Of a DNA stretch of 64,000 nt, positions 20,092 through 29,991 are shown in pieces. The position numbers and the translations under genes were made by a program. Within the stretch, counting starts at the first letter, position 1; the number at the start of each line of letters is the position of its first letter. This DNA is from Thermoproteota archaeon (GTDB lineage: Archaea; Asgardarchaeota; Jordiarchaeia; Jordiarchaeales; Freyrarchaeaceae). The stretch covers positions 64,001-128,000 of the forward strand of contig JAPDJY010000039.1 in NCBI GenBank assembly GCA_029258835.1, read 5' to 3'. Under the pieces are notes generated by a model. The model worked only from the letters and a program-made list of their open reading frames with translations, was not told where the DNA came from and searched no databases.

Positions 20092-21351
20092 ATGGTTGAA
20101 ATGACCGGCACTATTAGGAAAGTTAATGCACAGAAAATTCTTGATTCTAGAGGGAACGCTACAATTGAAGTGCGAGTATACACAGAAGACGTTGTAGCAA
20201 GTGCCTGCGCTCCATCTGGAGCAAGCGTCGGGCGCTTTGAAGTACGCGCTTTCCCGGAAGGGGGCGTAGATGCCTCGATTGAAATGGTGAATAAGATTTC
20301 AAGTAAACTGAAGGGTTTGAACGTGGAAGAGCAGAACGTTGTTGACTCGGTTATACACGAATTTGATAGTACGAAACAATTCGAAAAGTTAGGGGGAAAC
20401 GCGGCTATAGCGACCTCTATAGCGGTGGCAAAAGCTGCAGCACTAGAAAAAAACGTCCGGCTCTGCGAACATATAGCCGATGGACGGCTAAGGTTGCCTT
20501 TTCCTCTCAGTAACATCATAGGAGGAGGGGTTCATACGAAGGGAGATTCTATAGACTTTCAAGAGTTCTTAGTAGTGCCTCTTGGCGCTAAGAAGTTTAG
20601 AGACGCGGCTGTAGCAAACGTGATGGTGCATAAAGAAGTTGCCCGAATCTTGACTTCTCAGAGGCCCCACTACGTGTTTGGAAGAAATGATGAGGGAGCA
20701 TGGGCGGCCCCATTAACAATTAAAGAAGCTCTCGAAGTATTAAGCAATGCAGCCCAAAAAGTAGAGGGAGAATTGGGAATAGAGGTGAAAATAGGCGTTG
20801 ATGCAGCAGCTTCGGAACTTTGGATCGAAGATGAAAAGGTATATGTTTATAGGAAGGAAAAATGTAAGAAGTCGACCAGCCAGCAGTTAGACTACGTTTT
20901 GTCACTTATCGAAGAATACGACATATTTTATTTTGAAGACCCATTTGGCGAAGAAGACTTTGAAGCATTTGCAAAATTGAATAAAAACGTAAGTGGAAGA
21001 TGCCTTGTTACAGGAGACGACTTAACGGTGACTAATAAAGAGAGATTAAAAACAGCCTTAGAAAGAGGCTCAGTTAGTAGCATTATAGTCAAACCGAACC
21101 AGGTTGGGACGCTCACTGACGTTAAGGAAACGGTAACTCTGGCACTGTCAAATAACGTAGTTCCGGTCGCTTCCCACAGGTCAGGAGAAACATGCGACTC
21201 TGCCTTAGCACATATAGCAGTAGGATTGAAATGCCCAATAATAAAAATCGGGATCATGGGTAGTGAACGAATGGCTAAAATAAACGAACTAATAAGACTG
21301 GAGGACGAGATGGGATTAAGGATGGCTAAGCCACCGTTCTCGGATAGTTAA
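20092..21351 (+). CDS. eno: Enolase
   Basis: ILDSRGN, APSGAS, FQEF, EDPF, GDDLTVTN, KPNQVG, SHRSGET. Confidence 0.95.
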   Translation: MVEMTGTIRKVNAQKILDSRGNATIEVRVYTEDVVASACAPSGASVGRFEVRAFPEGGVDASIEMVNKISSKLKGLNVEEQNVVDSVIHEFDSTKQFEKLGGNAAIATSIAVAKAAALEKNVRLCEHIADGRLRLPFPLSNIIGGGVHTKGDSIDFQEFLVVPLGAKKFRDAAVANVMVHKEVARILTSQRPHYVFGRNDEGAWAAPLTIKEALEVLSNAAQKVEGELGIEVKIGVDAAASELWIEDEKVYVYRKEKCKKSTSQQLDYVLSLIEEYDIFYFEDPFGEEDFEAFAKLNKNVSGRCLVTGDDLTVTNKERLKTALERGSVSSIIVKPNQVGTLTDVKETVTLALSNNVVPVASHRSGETCDSALAHIAVGLKCPIIKIGIMGSERMAKINELIRLEDEMGLRMAKPPFSDS

Positions 21352-22509
21352 CATTTTATTACTATCCGTTCCACCTCTGCACTAAGTGCTTCGTGGGTGG
21401 CTTTCGGGGGGAACGGGAACTCCCCACATCTTGGGTTTCTTTCAAGGAGGTTTAAACATGCAACTACGTCTCTGTCTTTTTCACATCCGCATTTCCTGCA
21501 CTTTAGAAGCCTATGCCCATTCGACGCCAGCTTCCCGCCACATATTGGGCATAGGCTTGAAGTTCCACGGGGATTAACGTATACGACTGGTAAACCTGCA
21601 AGTTTCGCTTTATATTCGATGTAGGATTGAAGCCTTCTATATGGTAGCGTGTGCAGTCTTCTATTCATTCTTTTACCGTAACGTATTTGTTTCCTCATGC
21701 CTTTAAGGTTCTCCATGACGATTCCGAAACCATGTTTCCTAGCTCTGCTAACTATCATCTTGGCAATCTTGTGGCATAAACTCTCTGTTCTATTTCTCTT
21801 CCTCTTAGAGTATTTTTTCATAAGCCTCTTGGAAGCTGTCGGTTTAAGCTTCGACAGCTTCTGTATTTTCCTCCTCTTCTCGAAGTAGCTACTTCTGATT
21901 TCTCTCAGGTCGTGCTCAAACCTTATAATGTGTGGGTTCGTGCTTACGCATGTAACGTTGGATTCGTTTACATCTATCGCTATCCAGCCCTTCGGATTCG
22001 TTAAATCAACATCTTTCCTAAAGGGCACTAAAACTTTTGTTTTGTTGATTAAAACCTCTCCCACTCTAAGTCTTCCAGCCTTCCATTCTTCTATGAAGCG
22101 TTTCTGGTAGCCCCCATACTTCAACTTTACGTAGATAAACCTTCTAGGCTTAACAGATATTCTAAGCCTTTCCCCTTCATACTTGACAAGCAAGGGGTCT
22201 AATTGCATGAAAAAGCTTCCTCGCCACAGGTTTATCGCTTTTTGTAATACCTTTCCTCTTAAGCCTCCTAAAGCTCTTCAACATTGACGTAGCCACCCTG
22301 CACGACGAATGGCAAAAGTGAGTTGAGTAATCCCATTTCTGTTTCCATTCACCATAGACAAGTTTCCTGAGCTCGGCAAAACTTGTGGCATTATTCCGAA
22401 GAACTTTACCGATGCAAAAGTTAACCATATCCCTAAAATCCTCTAACAGCTTTCTAATCTCATCACTCGCCTCATAACCGAAGGGAACTGAAAGCGTTAT
22501 TTCTATCAT
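21348..22509 (-). pseudogene. tnpB: TnpB (IS200/IS605 family) with one +1 frameshift near 22210; no tnpA
   Basis: Two overlapping ORFs join as ...KPVARKLF/MQLD...; RuvC IAIDVN, VMENL, TSSLCPICG, CRKCG, DRDVVACLNL. Confidence 0.85.
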
Positions 22510-22594
22510 TCATCAATTAAGTATTAACCAAAATATTATAAAAAGTTAGCTATTCATAAACTGTTACTAACCCTTAACTTAAGAGGGAAAAGCA

Positions 22595-23035
22595 ATGGAG
22601 ACGTCCCTCAAAGTAGCAGAGTTTATAATAAAAAGGTATTGCAAAGCAAACAAGATAGTGGAAGTGGGGGTTGGAAAAAAACCCCAAACGGCGCTTAAAC
22701 TCTCAAAGGCACTTAATGCAGAAATAATAGTAACGGATGTAAAACCAGAGGTAATAGCGCCGTTAACAAAGGAAAAGAAGATTAAAGCAATAATAGATGA
22801 TGTGTTCAACCCTAACCTAGAAATTTACAAGGGAGCAAACCTGATATATGCTATTAGGCCTAACCCTGAAGTCCAAGGCCAAGTAGTGAACATAGCTTTA
22901 AGAGTAGGAGCGGATGCTCTTTTAAAGACATTAAACGATGAATGGCATGAAGTAACGCAAACACCCATGAAACACCAAACAGTAAACTACAAAAACGTGA
23001 TCATGCATCATTTTCTAAATCCTAAAATTCATTAG
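22595..23035 (+). CDS. UPF0146 family protein
   Basis: KIVEVGVG, TDV, DDVFNPNLEIYKGANLIYAIRP. Confidence 0.9.
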   Translation: METSLKVAEFIIKRYCKANKIVEVGVGKKPQTALKLSKALNAEIIVTDVKPEVIAPLTKEKKIKAIIDDVFNPNLEIYKGANLIYAIRPNPEVQGQVVNIALRVGADALLKTLNDEWHEVTQTPMKHQTVNYKNVIMHHFLNPKIH

Positions 23036-23182
23036 GATGCTTTCAAAGGTTAGCCGCAATTGCCTTTCTTTAAAATGTATTGGAGGAATTTCTGATTCCC
23101 AATTTACAAGGTTAAGGATAAACAAAGATAAATTTAAAAACAGGGAAATAATCCTTTGATTAGGGTTTGTAAGGGAGGTGGC

Positions 23183-25607
23183 ATGGCCTTGTCAAGAGAC
23201 GAGAGGTTTGTCTTATGGTTTGAAGAGATCAGAAAAGACGATGTACCGATAGTAGGTGGAAAATGCGCGAATCTAGGTGAGTTAACAGCTGAAGTTAAAG
23301 TCCCAGTTCCACCAGGATTCGCTGTGACCACTCATGCATATAAGCAGTTCATAGAAACCACGAAAATAAAGGATAAGATTTTCAAGAAACTTGAAGGTTT
23401 AGACGTAAAAGATATGAAAATGCTTGAAAACGCATCGGCAGAAATAAGAAAGTTAATTGAATCAACCCCTGTACCCGAAGAAATACAGTCTGCCATCTTA
23501 AGTGCATACGATGAACTCTCTAAACGGGCGGGGAAAAATCCCTTTGTAGCCGTCCGCTCTAGCGCCTCGGCAGAGGACAGGTTTTCCAGCCCCTCAGCTG
23601 CCGGGCGCCAGTTTCGCTGGACAACAGGATACATTCTTAAACGTTACTAGAGACGAGCTGGTAAGTAGTGTTAGAAGATGCTGGAGTAGCCTTTTTACGC
23701 CAAGGGCAATAGCATATAGGGAAGAGAAGGGTTTTTCACATGAAGAAGTATCCATAGGCGTAGCTATCCAAGAGATGGTTGACGCTAAAGCAGCAGGGGT
23801 AATGTTTACTATACATCCAGTTACAGGTGAAAGAAATAAAATTCTTATTGAAGCCAATTGGGGGCTAGGAGAAGCCGTAGTAAGTGGCGCCGTAACGCCA
23901 GATACCTATGTCGTAGATAAAGAAACATTTGAGATCATCGACAAACATATTGTAACTAAAAAAGTCGAGTATGTAAGGGACCCAAAAACCGGGAAGACAG
24001 TTCACGCAGAAGTCCCCCCGGAAAGACAGAATATTCCTGCTTTAACAGACGAGGAAATAAAGGCGCTTGCAAAATATGCACTTCAAATAGAACAACATTA
24101 TAGAACACCACAGGATATAGAGTGGGCAGTTGATAAAGATGGGAGAATATTCATACTTCAAGCAAGACCTGAGACGGTCCATTCTGCAGGGGGAATTCAA
24201 GCGCAAGTATTAGAGGCTGCTGAGGAAAGAGAAGTGCTAGTAAGAGGGCTGCCAGTATCCCCAGGCCTAGGAGCAGGAAAAGTTAAAGTTATCTTAGATG
24301 CTAAGGACATAGACAAAGTTAAGGAAGGAGACATTTTAGTTACAAAAATGACCACTCCTGATTGGGTTCCAGCCATGAAAAAGGCAGCGGCAATAGTGAC
24401 TGATGAAGGGGGCTACACGTGCCATGCAGCAATAGTTTCACGTGAACTAGGTGTACCATGCATTGTTGGTACTGGAAATGCAACAGAAGTTCTTGCGAAT
24501 GTGGAGGAAGTAACCGTTGACGGAGGAAAGGGACTAGTCTACCGTGGAATAATTAAAGAAGCAGCTGAAGAGGTGGTGCCTACAGCTGCGGTAACTTATG
24601 CGATAGTGCCGACAGCAACTAAGATATATGTTAACCTTTCAATTCCAGAGATCGCTGATAAAGTTGCAAGGGAAACAAGAGCAGATGGTGTAGGGCTTCT
24701 AAGAGCAGAACACATGATGGTTACCATAGGAAAGCATCCACGCAAACTCATTGAGGAGGGTGGAGACCAGCTTATGGTGGATTCCTTTGCGGAGGGCATC
24801 AGGAAAGTTGCCGAAGCGTTTTATCCTGGTCCTGTCGTATATAGGTTCCTAGACTTTAAGCCTGACGAATTCCTAGCCCTAGAGGGAGGAGAAAAGTATG
24901 AGTTAGAGGCAGGGCATGTAGGACCAAATCCAATGATAGGCTACAGGGGACAATACAGATACGTTAAGGAGCCAGACATATTCAGGCTAGAGTGTAAAGC
25001 AATAAGAAAGGTTAGAGATGAATTTGGCCTTAAAAATGTTTGGGTAATGTTGCCTTTCGTTAGAGACATAGAGATCTTCCGGAAAGTGAAGGAGATAATG
25101 AAGCAGGAGGGGCTGGATCCCGAGAAAGATCCTGACTTTAAACTCTGGATAATGGTGGAGGTCCCAAGTAGCGTCCTGTTAATTGACAAGTTCTGTGAAG
25201 AAGGGATAAACGGAGTGTCTTTTGGCACAAACGACCTAACAATGCTGATACTTGGCGTAGACCGTAACGATGCTTCGGTACAGGAGATATACGATGAACG
25301 AAACCTAGCAGTCCTCAGGGCAATAGCTTACACAATAAAAATATGCAAAAAGTACGGGGTGACAACGTCTATTTGTGGGCAAGCACCCAGCGTTTACCCG
25401 GACTACTTAGAATTCCTAGTTAGGATGGGAGCAACATCAATAAGCGTAAACCCGGACGCTGTACAACGTACACGTGAAATGGTTGCAAGAATAGAGCAGA
25501 AGATACTGATGGAGAAAGCATTAGGAGTTAAAACAAGAATCAAAGTTGGAAAGAATTTCATAGAAGAAGTCGAGTTCTGGAAAAAAGTAGATGACAATTT
25601 AGAATAA
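23183..25607 (+). CDS. ppsA: Phosphoenolpyruvate synthase; spliced join(23183..23578,23598..25607), 801 aa
   Basis: VGGKCANLGEL; after splicing [52 protein letters not shown]. Confidence 0.95.
23579..23597 (+). other. BHB-type intron (19 nt) in ppsA mRNA
   Basis: CGGCA-GAGG-AC|A-GGUU(UUCC)AGCC-CCUC-AG|C-UGCCG: perfect Watson-Crick outer and central helices. Confidence 0.9.
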
Positions 25608-25810
25608 AAGTCAAAAATTTTTGAAAATGAACTTTCCTTTTTACAATTAAATAAGCCTTATTTTCCACAAACTGGTTTCCCTTATTTTTTTATTTTTATC
25701 AGAAATAGGGGTAACAGGCACTTCTTTTTACATGGCGAAATGCTTTAAAGGAGGTCGTCTTCAAGTTTCAACGTAATGGCTTCTCTGGAAAACGTAGAAA
25801 GGAGTGTGGC

Positions 25811-27214
25811 ATTATTTCATCCCAGAAATATTATCGTACAATATCTGAAATTTCAGGGCCTCTCATGATTGTAGAAGGAGTGCAGGATGTGGCTTATAAC
25901 GAAGTAGTTCTCATTGAAACTCCTACTGGAGAAACGCGGAGAGGGACTGTTCTGGAAGTAGGGTTAGGGAGAGCGGTTGTTCAAGTTTTTGAGGGGACAA
26001 GAGGCTTAGATGTAAGGGAAACAACTGTTAGGTTTACTGGGGAAACAATGAAGCTGCCAGTATCGATTGATATGATGGGCAGGATCTTTAATGGTTCAGG
26101 TGATCCAATAGATGGAGGTCCGCCAATAATACCAGAGGATGAGCTGGACATTCATGGTTACCCACTTAACCCCTATGCAAGGGAGTATCCAAGGGAATTT
26201 ATCCAGACAGGGATAAGTGTCATCGATGGAATGAACTCTCTCGTTCGAGGGCAAAAGCTGCCAATATTCTCCGGGGCTGGACTTCCGCACAACAGGATAG
26301 CAGTTCAAATAGCTAGACAAGCAAAAGTATTAGGGAAGGAGGAGGAGTTTGCTGTAGTATTCGCCGCAATGGGAATAACAGCGGAAGAGGCAAGGTTCTT
26401 CAGGGCAGACTTTGAAAGGACAGGGGCGCTAGAAAGGGTAGTTGTGTTCATGAACCTTGCGGATGACCCTGCAATCGAGAGAATAATAACGCCACGGGTA
26501 GCACTCACCGCTGCAGAATACCTAGCATACGAACAAGGTATGCACATTCTAGTTATACTCACAGACATGACTAACTACGCTGAAGCTCTGAGAGAGATAA
26601 GTGCAGCAAGAGAAGAGGTTCCCGGAAGAAGAGGATATCCAGGGTACTTATACACCGACTTAGCTACAATATATGAAAGAGCAGGAAGAATATCTGGAAA
26701 GAGAGGAACCATAACTCAAATGCCAATTTTAACTATGCCCAACGATGACATTACGCACCCCATTCCCGACCTTACAGGATACATCACTGAGGGACAGTTG
26801 ATAGTGGACAGAGGATTACATAGGAAAGGAATATACCCACCTATAGATCCCAGACCGAGCTTAAGTAGGTTGATGAAAGAAGGCATAGGTAAAGGAAGGA
26901 CAAGAGCAGATCACAGGGAAGTCAGCGATCAATTGTACTATGCCTATAGTGAAGCAGTGGACTTACGCGCACTAGTAGCAGTAGTTGGTGAGGAAGCACT
27001 CTTACCTCGAGATAGGAAATACTTGGAGTTCGGCGATATTTTTGAAAGGCAATTCATAAATCAAGGGGAATACGAAGAGCGTAGCATAGATGAAACATTA
27101 GATCTAGGATGGGAGCTTTTAAGCATGTTTCCAGAAGGTGAATTAAAAAGGATTGATCCAGAGACAATAGCATGGGCGAAAGAGGAAGGAAAATACACAT
27201 ACAAAGAAGAATAG
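25811..27214 (+). CDS. atpB: A/V-type ATP synthase subunit B; apparent ATT start (first ATG at 25865)
   Basis: [49 protein letters not shown]. Confidence 0.95.
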   Translation: MISSQKYYRTISEISGPLMIVEGVQDVAYNEVVLIETPTGETRRGTVLEVGLGRAVVQVFEGTRGLDVRETTVRFTGETMKLPVSIDMMGRIFNGSGDPIDGGPPIIPEDELDIHGYPLNPYAREYPREFIQTGISVIDGMNSLVRGQKLPIFSGAGLPHNRIAVQIARQAKVLGKEEEFAVVFAAMGITAEEARFFRADFERTGALERVVVFMNLADDPAIERIITPRVALTAAEYLAYEQGMHILVILTDMTNYAEALREISAAREEVPGRRGYPGYLYTDLATIYERAGRISGKRGTITQMPILTMPNDDITHPIPDLTGYITEGQLIVDRGLHRKGIYPPIDPRPSLSRLMKEGIGKGRTRADHREVSDQLYYAYSEAVDLRALVAVVGEEALLPRDRKYLEFGDIFERQFINQGEYEERSIDETLDLGWELLSMFPEGELKRIDPETIAWAKEEGKYTYKEE

Positions 27215-27365
27215 ATGAAAGCTAAGTCAAATACCCAACTTCCATTTAGATCATTTTAAATTTATTTTTAAAGCTATTCTTTAATTAAATTTTTAATTTT
27301 TGTAGATTTTATTTTATTTAAAAATAATTAAATTAAAAGTAAAAACAAAAAGGTGGAAGTTGGGG

Positions 27366-29096
27366 TTACTCCGGCGGTATCTCGGCGTATATTGTTTCCA
27401 TGTCAACTCCAATTTTCTTGTTATGGAGGTAGTATGCAACGTATATTAGTGACCCAAGTCCAAGGATGAACACTTGCAAGTATATTGACTGCATCGTGAA
27501 TCCAGAGACACCCACAAGAATTACTAACGTTGTGGCTATAAACGCAATTACTCCGAAGATTGTGATTACAGGGACTCCTGCCCATTCAAGCTTGAGGCCG
27601 CGCTCGTATATTTCAGGTTTAACGTATGGGAAGAGCATCGCTGCCATAGCGCCGAACCATAACATTATTGTATCAAGGAATACTGTGTCGAAAGCAGCCA
27701 TGAAAACGTCTGATGCAGACAGGAAAACACCTAGAACAGCCACACCAGCTACTAGAGTTGTAGCCCATACTGGGCTATGCCATCTTTCGCTGACCTCGGC
27801 AAATTGGATTGGGAATACCCTGTCAAATGCCCAAGCAAAAGTTGTCCTTGCTGATGTTATTAAGAACGGAGGTATGTCATTCATTAGCCATATTGCTCCT
27901 GTTACTGCTACTAGCAGGGCTATAGCGCCACTTGCACTAGGTACTTGAAGAGCTGCGAAGAACGGAATTGATGCTTTAATTAATGGCGGGAAGCTAGGTA
28001 GGAAGCTTGCAGGGATGGAAGATACTATTTGGTCGCGTACTTGGCTTGGAAGGGTTGCCAGCCATGCGTTAAAAGCTGCGTAAATATCTGGGTTAAGTGT
28101 TAACGCCCAAGACGCCCCGCCGAGTGAATTTTGAGCGTAAGTGTATACGTAAAGGAATGGCCCGGACGCATAGTATACTAATCCGCTGATGAGAACGTAG
28201 TAGCCTGCGATTAGGAGAGTGCCTATGAATACGGATATGACCATGCTTTTTCTAACTTCTTTTATTTCGCCTCCAACGAATGTACTTGCTGTGAAGCCAA
28301 TGTAAGCCCATACAATGAAGATCATAGCCATAAACGTGTCACTGAGGGCGTCCATACCGTTTGTTTCAACGTAGCTGATGAGGTAGTTTGTATAGTCACT
28401 TATCATTCCCCATATTTTTGTGCTAGCCCAGTTAGCAGGGTCACCTAACTGCATTGGGTTCGTATAGGCTAAGGCATAGTTTATTGTTGCGTTTAATGGG
28501 TTTCCAGTAGCTAAGACAATTATTGTTGCTATACTTCCTATGACTGCAATTATTAGTAGGGCATTTAGAACCTTGCCGAAGATATCTAGTCCTAATACTG
28601 TGATTATGAAGAATATGATTACCATTATTATGCCAACTATGATTCCTGCTTCCGTGGTCTGCATCCATGTTCCTAGCTGGAACAGGCCGTCCCATGGATA
28701 CCTACCTACTACTTGAAAAGCGAAGCCTATGAATGAAGTGTCCAAGAAGGCAATTATCCCGAAGGATAATGCTACGGACGTCCACCATGCCCAGCTTGAG
28801 AGGAAGCCTAAGAATGGGCTCAAAGTCCTGCTGACGTAAACGTAGCCTCCTCCTGAACGGGGCATGGCTATTCCGAAGAGGGTGAACACTACTGCAGAGG
28901 TTATGGCTGGGATTGCTCCTAGAGCGAAGGCTAATGGCACATTAGCAAATGGATACTTGTACGTTGCCTGTACCGCATAGAAGTTTATACCGCCACCTAT
29001 GACATTACACAGCACGATTGAGAGAGCCGTGAACCAACCAATTTCTCTTACAAGCCCTGTCGCATCTCTTGCGAAGGTTATCCTTTTTTCTCCCAT
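27366..29096 (-). CDS. APC-family amino acid permease
   Basis: FARDATGLVREIG, MPRSGGGYVYVSR, GGEIK, FAWAFDR, terminal EIPPE. Confidence 0.9.
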   Translation of the reverse strand: MGEKRITFARDATGLVREIGWFTALSIVLCNVIGGGINFYAVQATYKYPFANVPLAFALGAIPAITSAVVFTLFGIAMPRSGGGYVYVSRTLSPFLGFLSSWAWWTSVALSFGIIAFLDTSFIGFAFQVVGRYPWDGLFQLGTWMQTTEAGIIVGIIMVIIFFIITVLGLDIFGKVLNALLIIAVIGSIATIIVLATGNPLNATINYALAYTNPMQLGDPANWASTKIWGMISDYTNYLISYVETNGMDALSDTFMAMIFIVWAYIGFTASTFVGGEIKEVRKSMVISVFIGTLLIAGYYVLISGLVYYASGPFLYVYTYAQNSLGGASWALTLNPDIYAAFNAWLATLPSQVRDQIVSSIPASFLPSFPPLIKASIPFFAALQVPSASGAIALLVAVTGAIWLMNDIPPFLITSARTTFAWAFDRVFPIQFAEVSERWHSPVWATTLVAGVAVLGVFLSASDVFMAAFDTVFLDTIMLWFGAMAAMLFPYVKPEIYERGLKLEWAGVPVITIFGVIAFIATTLVILVGVSGFTMQSIYLQVFILGLGSLIYVAYYLHNKKIGVDMETIYAEIPPE

Positions 29097-29334
29097 AGGT
29101 CCCTCCTCTCTCAGATCAGTTTGCCTTTCGATAAGAAGTTTTTTTATATAAAAAGATTTTGCTAAAAAAGAAGCTATAACATTAAATAAACAATTTATTA
29201 AACAAGTTAAATGAAAATATAATTACTAATATTTTGCGACTTAAAAGAATTTTCAATAAAGGAGATTTAAATTTTTGTTTTAGTAACTTTTATGCCACAT
29301 TTATTTAAAATTTTTCATATAGAAGAGTGAAACG

Positions 29335-29733
29335 TTAACGACCTTGTGTTACTTGGAATAGCCAGTGTGCCTTGTTTATTAGCATCCAGTGAAGGGCAAC
29401 TACAGCTACTAGCGCTAAAATTAGGCCTATGGCTAGCAGCTTAACAGCATAGCTGGGGTTAAAAATGTTTTTTGTTGCCTCATATATTAGGGCAAAACCT
29501 GCGAAGCCAACGAAAATTAATGCGGCTGCCGCGAATCCCTCGGTTAAATATTGGTCTTGGAGGCTGGGATTTATGAAGGAGAGGCTGGCTTGGGGGGGAT
29601 TTAATAGCATATGTACGCCGCCTCCTAAGACGAAAAGGAGGAAAATTAAGAGGGCGGCGAAGGTTAAGAGGGCGGGCGGACGGCGAAGTTTTGCAATACT
29701 AAGTTTAAGAGATTTCATGGTTATGAACGGCAT
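29335..29733 (-). CDS. OSTC(DC2)/OST3-OST6-like oligosaccharyltransferase accessory subunit
   Basis: Three TM helices; GGGV...NPP...DQYLTEGF..A.L..VG..GF resembles the eukaryotic OSTC pattern GGII...EPP...GQYIMEG. Confidence 0.65.
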   Translation of the reverse strand: MPFITMKSLKLSIAKLRRPPALLTFAALLIFLLFVLGGGVHMLLNPPQASLSFINPSLQDQYLTEGFAAAALIFVGFAGFALIYEATKNIFNPSYAVKLLAIGLILALVAVVALHWMLINKAHWLFQVTQGR

Positions 29734-29737
29734 TGAA

Positions 29738-29989
29738 TTATTCCTCCCTTTCATCATGAAGGTCTTTACGTTGATTTTCAATTAAGTATTTTGCTACTTC
29801 TTTAGCCCACTCCCCAGTATTAGCATTCTCTAGTATTTTCCTTAGATATTCATCCCATGTGACGTCTAAAGCCGCTTTCCAGTCTTTATAATGTTTTTTT
29901 ATGTTCTCGTATGCAAGTTGGTGATTCTCGCAGAAATTACTTGTGGATACATGCTTTCTAGTGTTGCATATTGGACATTCCTCCTTCAT
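29738..29989 (-). CDS. Small CxxC...CxxH zinc-finger-like protein downstream of topA
   Basis: ATG just after the topA stop; CPIC...FCENH...W..A..V.W.EYL...TGEWAKEV. Confidence 0.7.
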   Translation of the reverse strand: MKEECPICNTRKHVSTSNFCENHQLAYENIKKHYKDWKAALDVTWDEYLRKILENANTGEWAKEVAKYLIENQRKDLHDEREE

Positions 29990-29991
29990 TT

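Noticed and set aside
22177-22230. tnpB frameshift as another intron
   Set aside because: It is a single extra base in a T run, with no hairpin or BHB.
23581-23597. The ppsA insert contains AG/GT...pyrimidines...CAG
   Set aside because: Removing 17 nt leaves a frameshift; the 19-nt BHB excision fits exactly.
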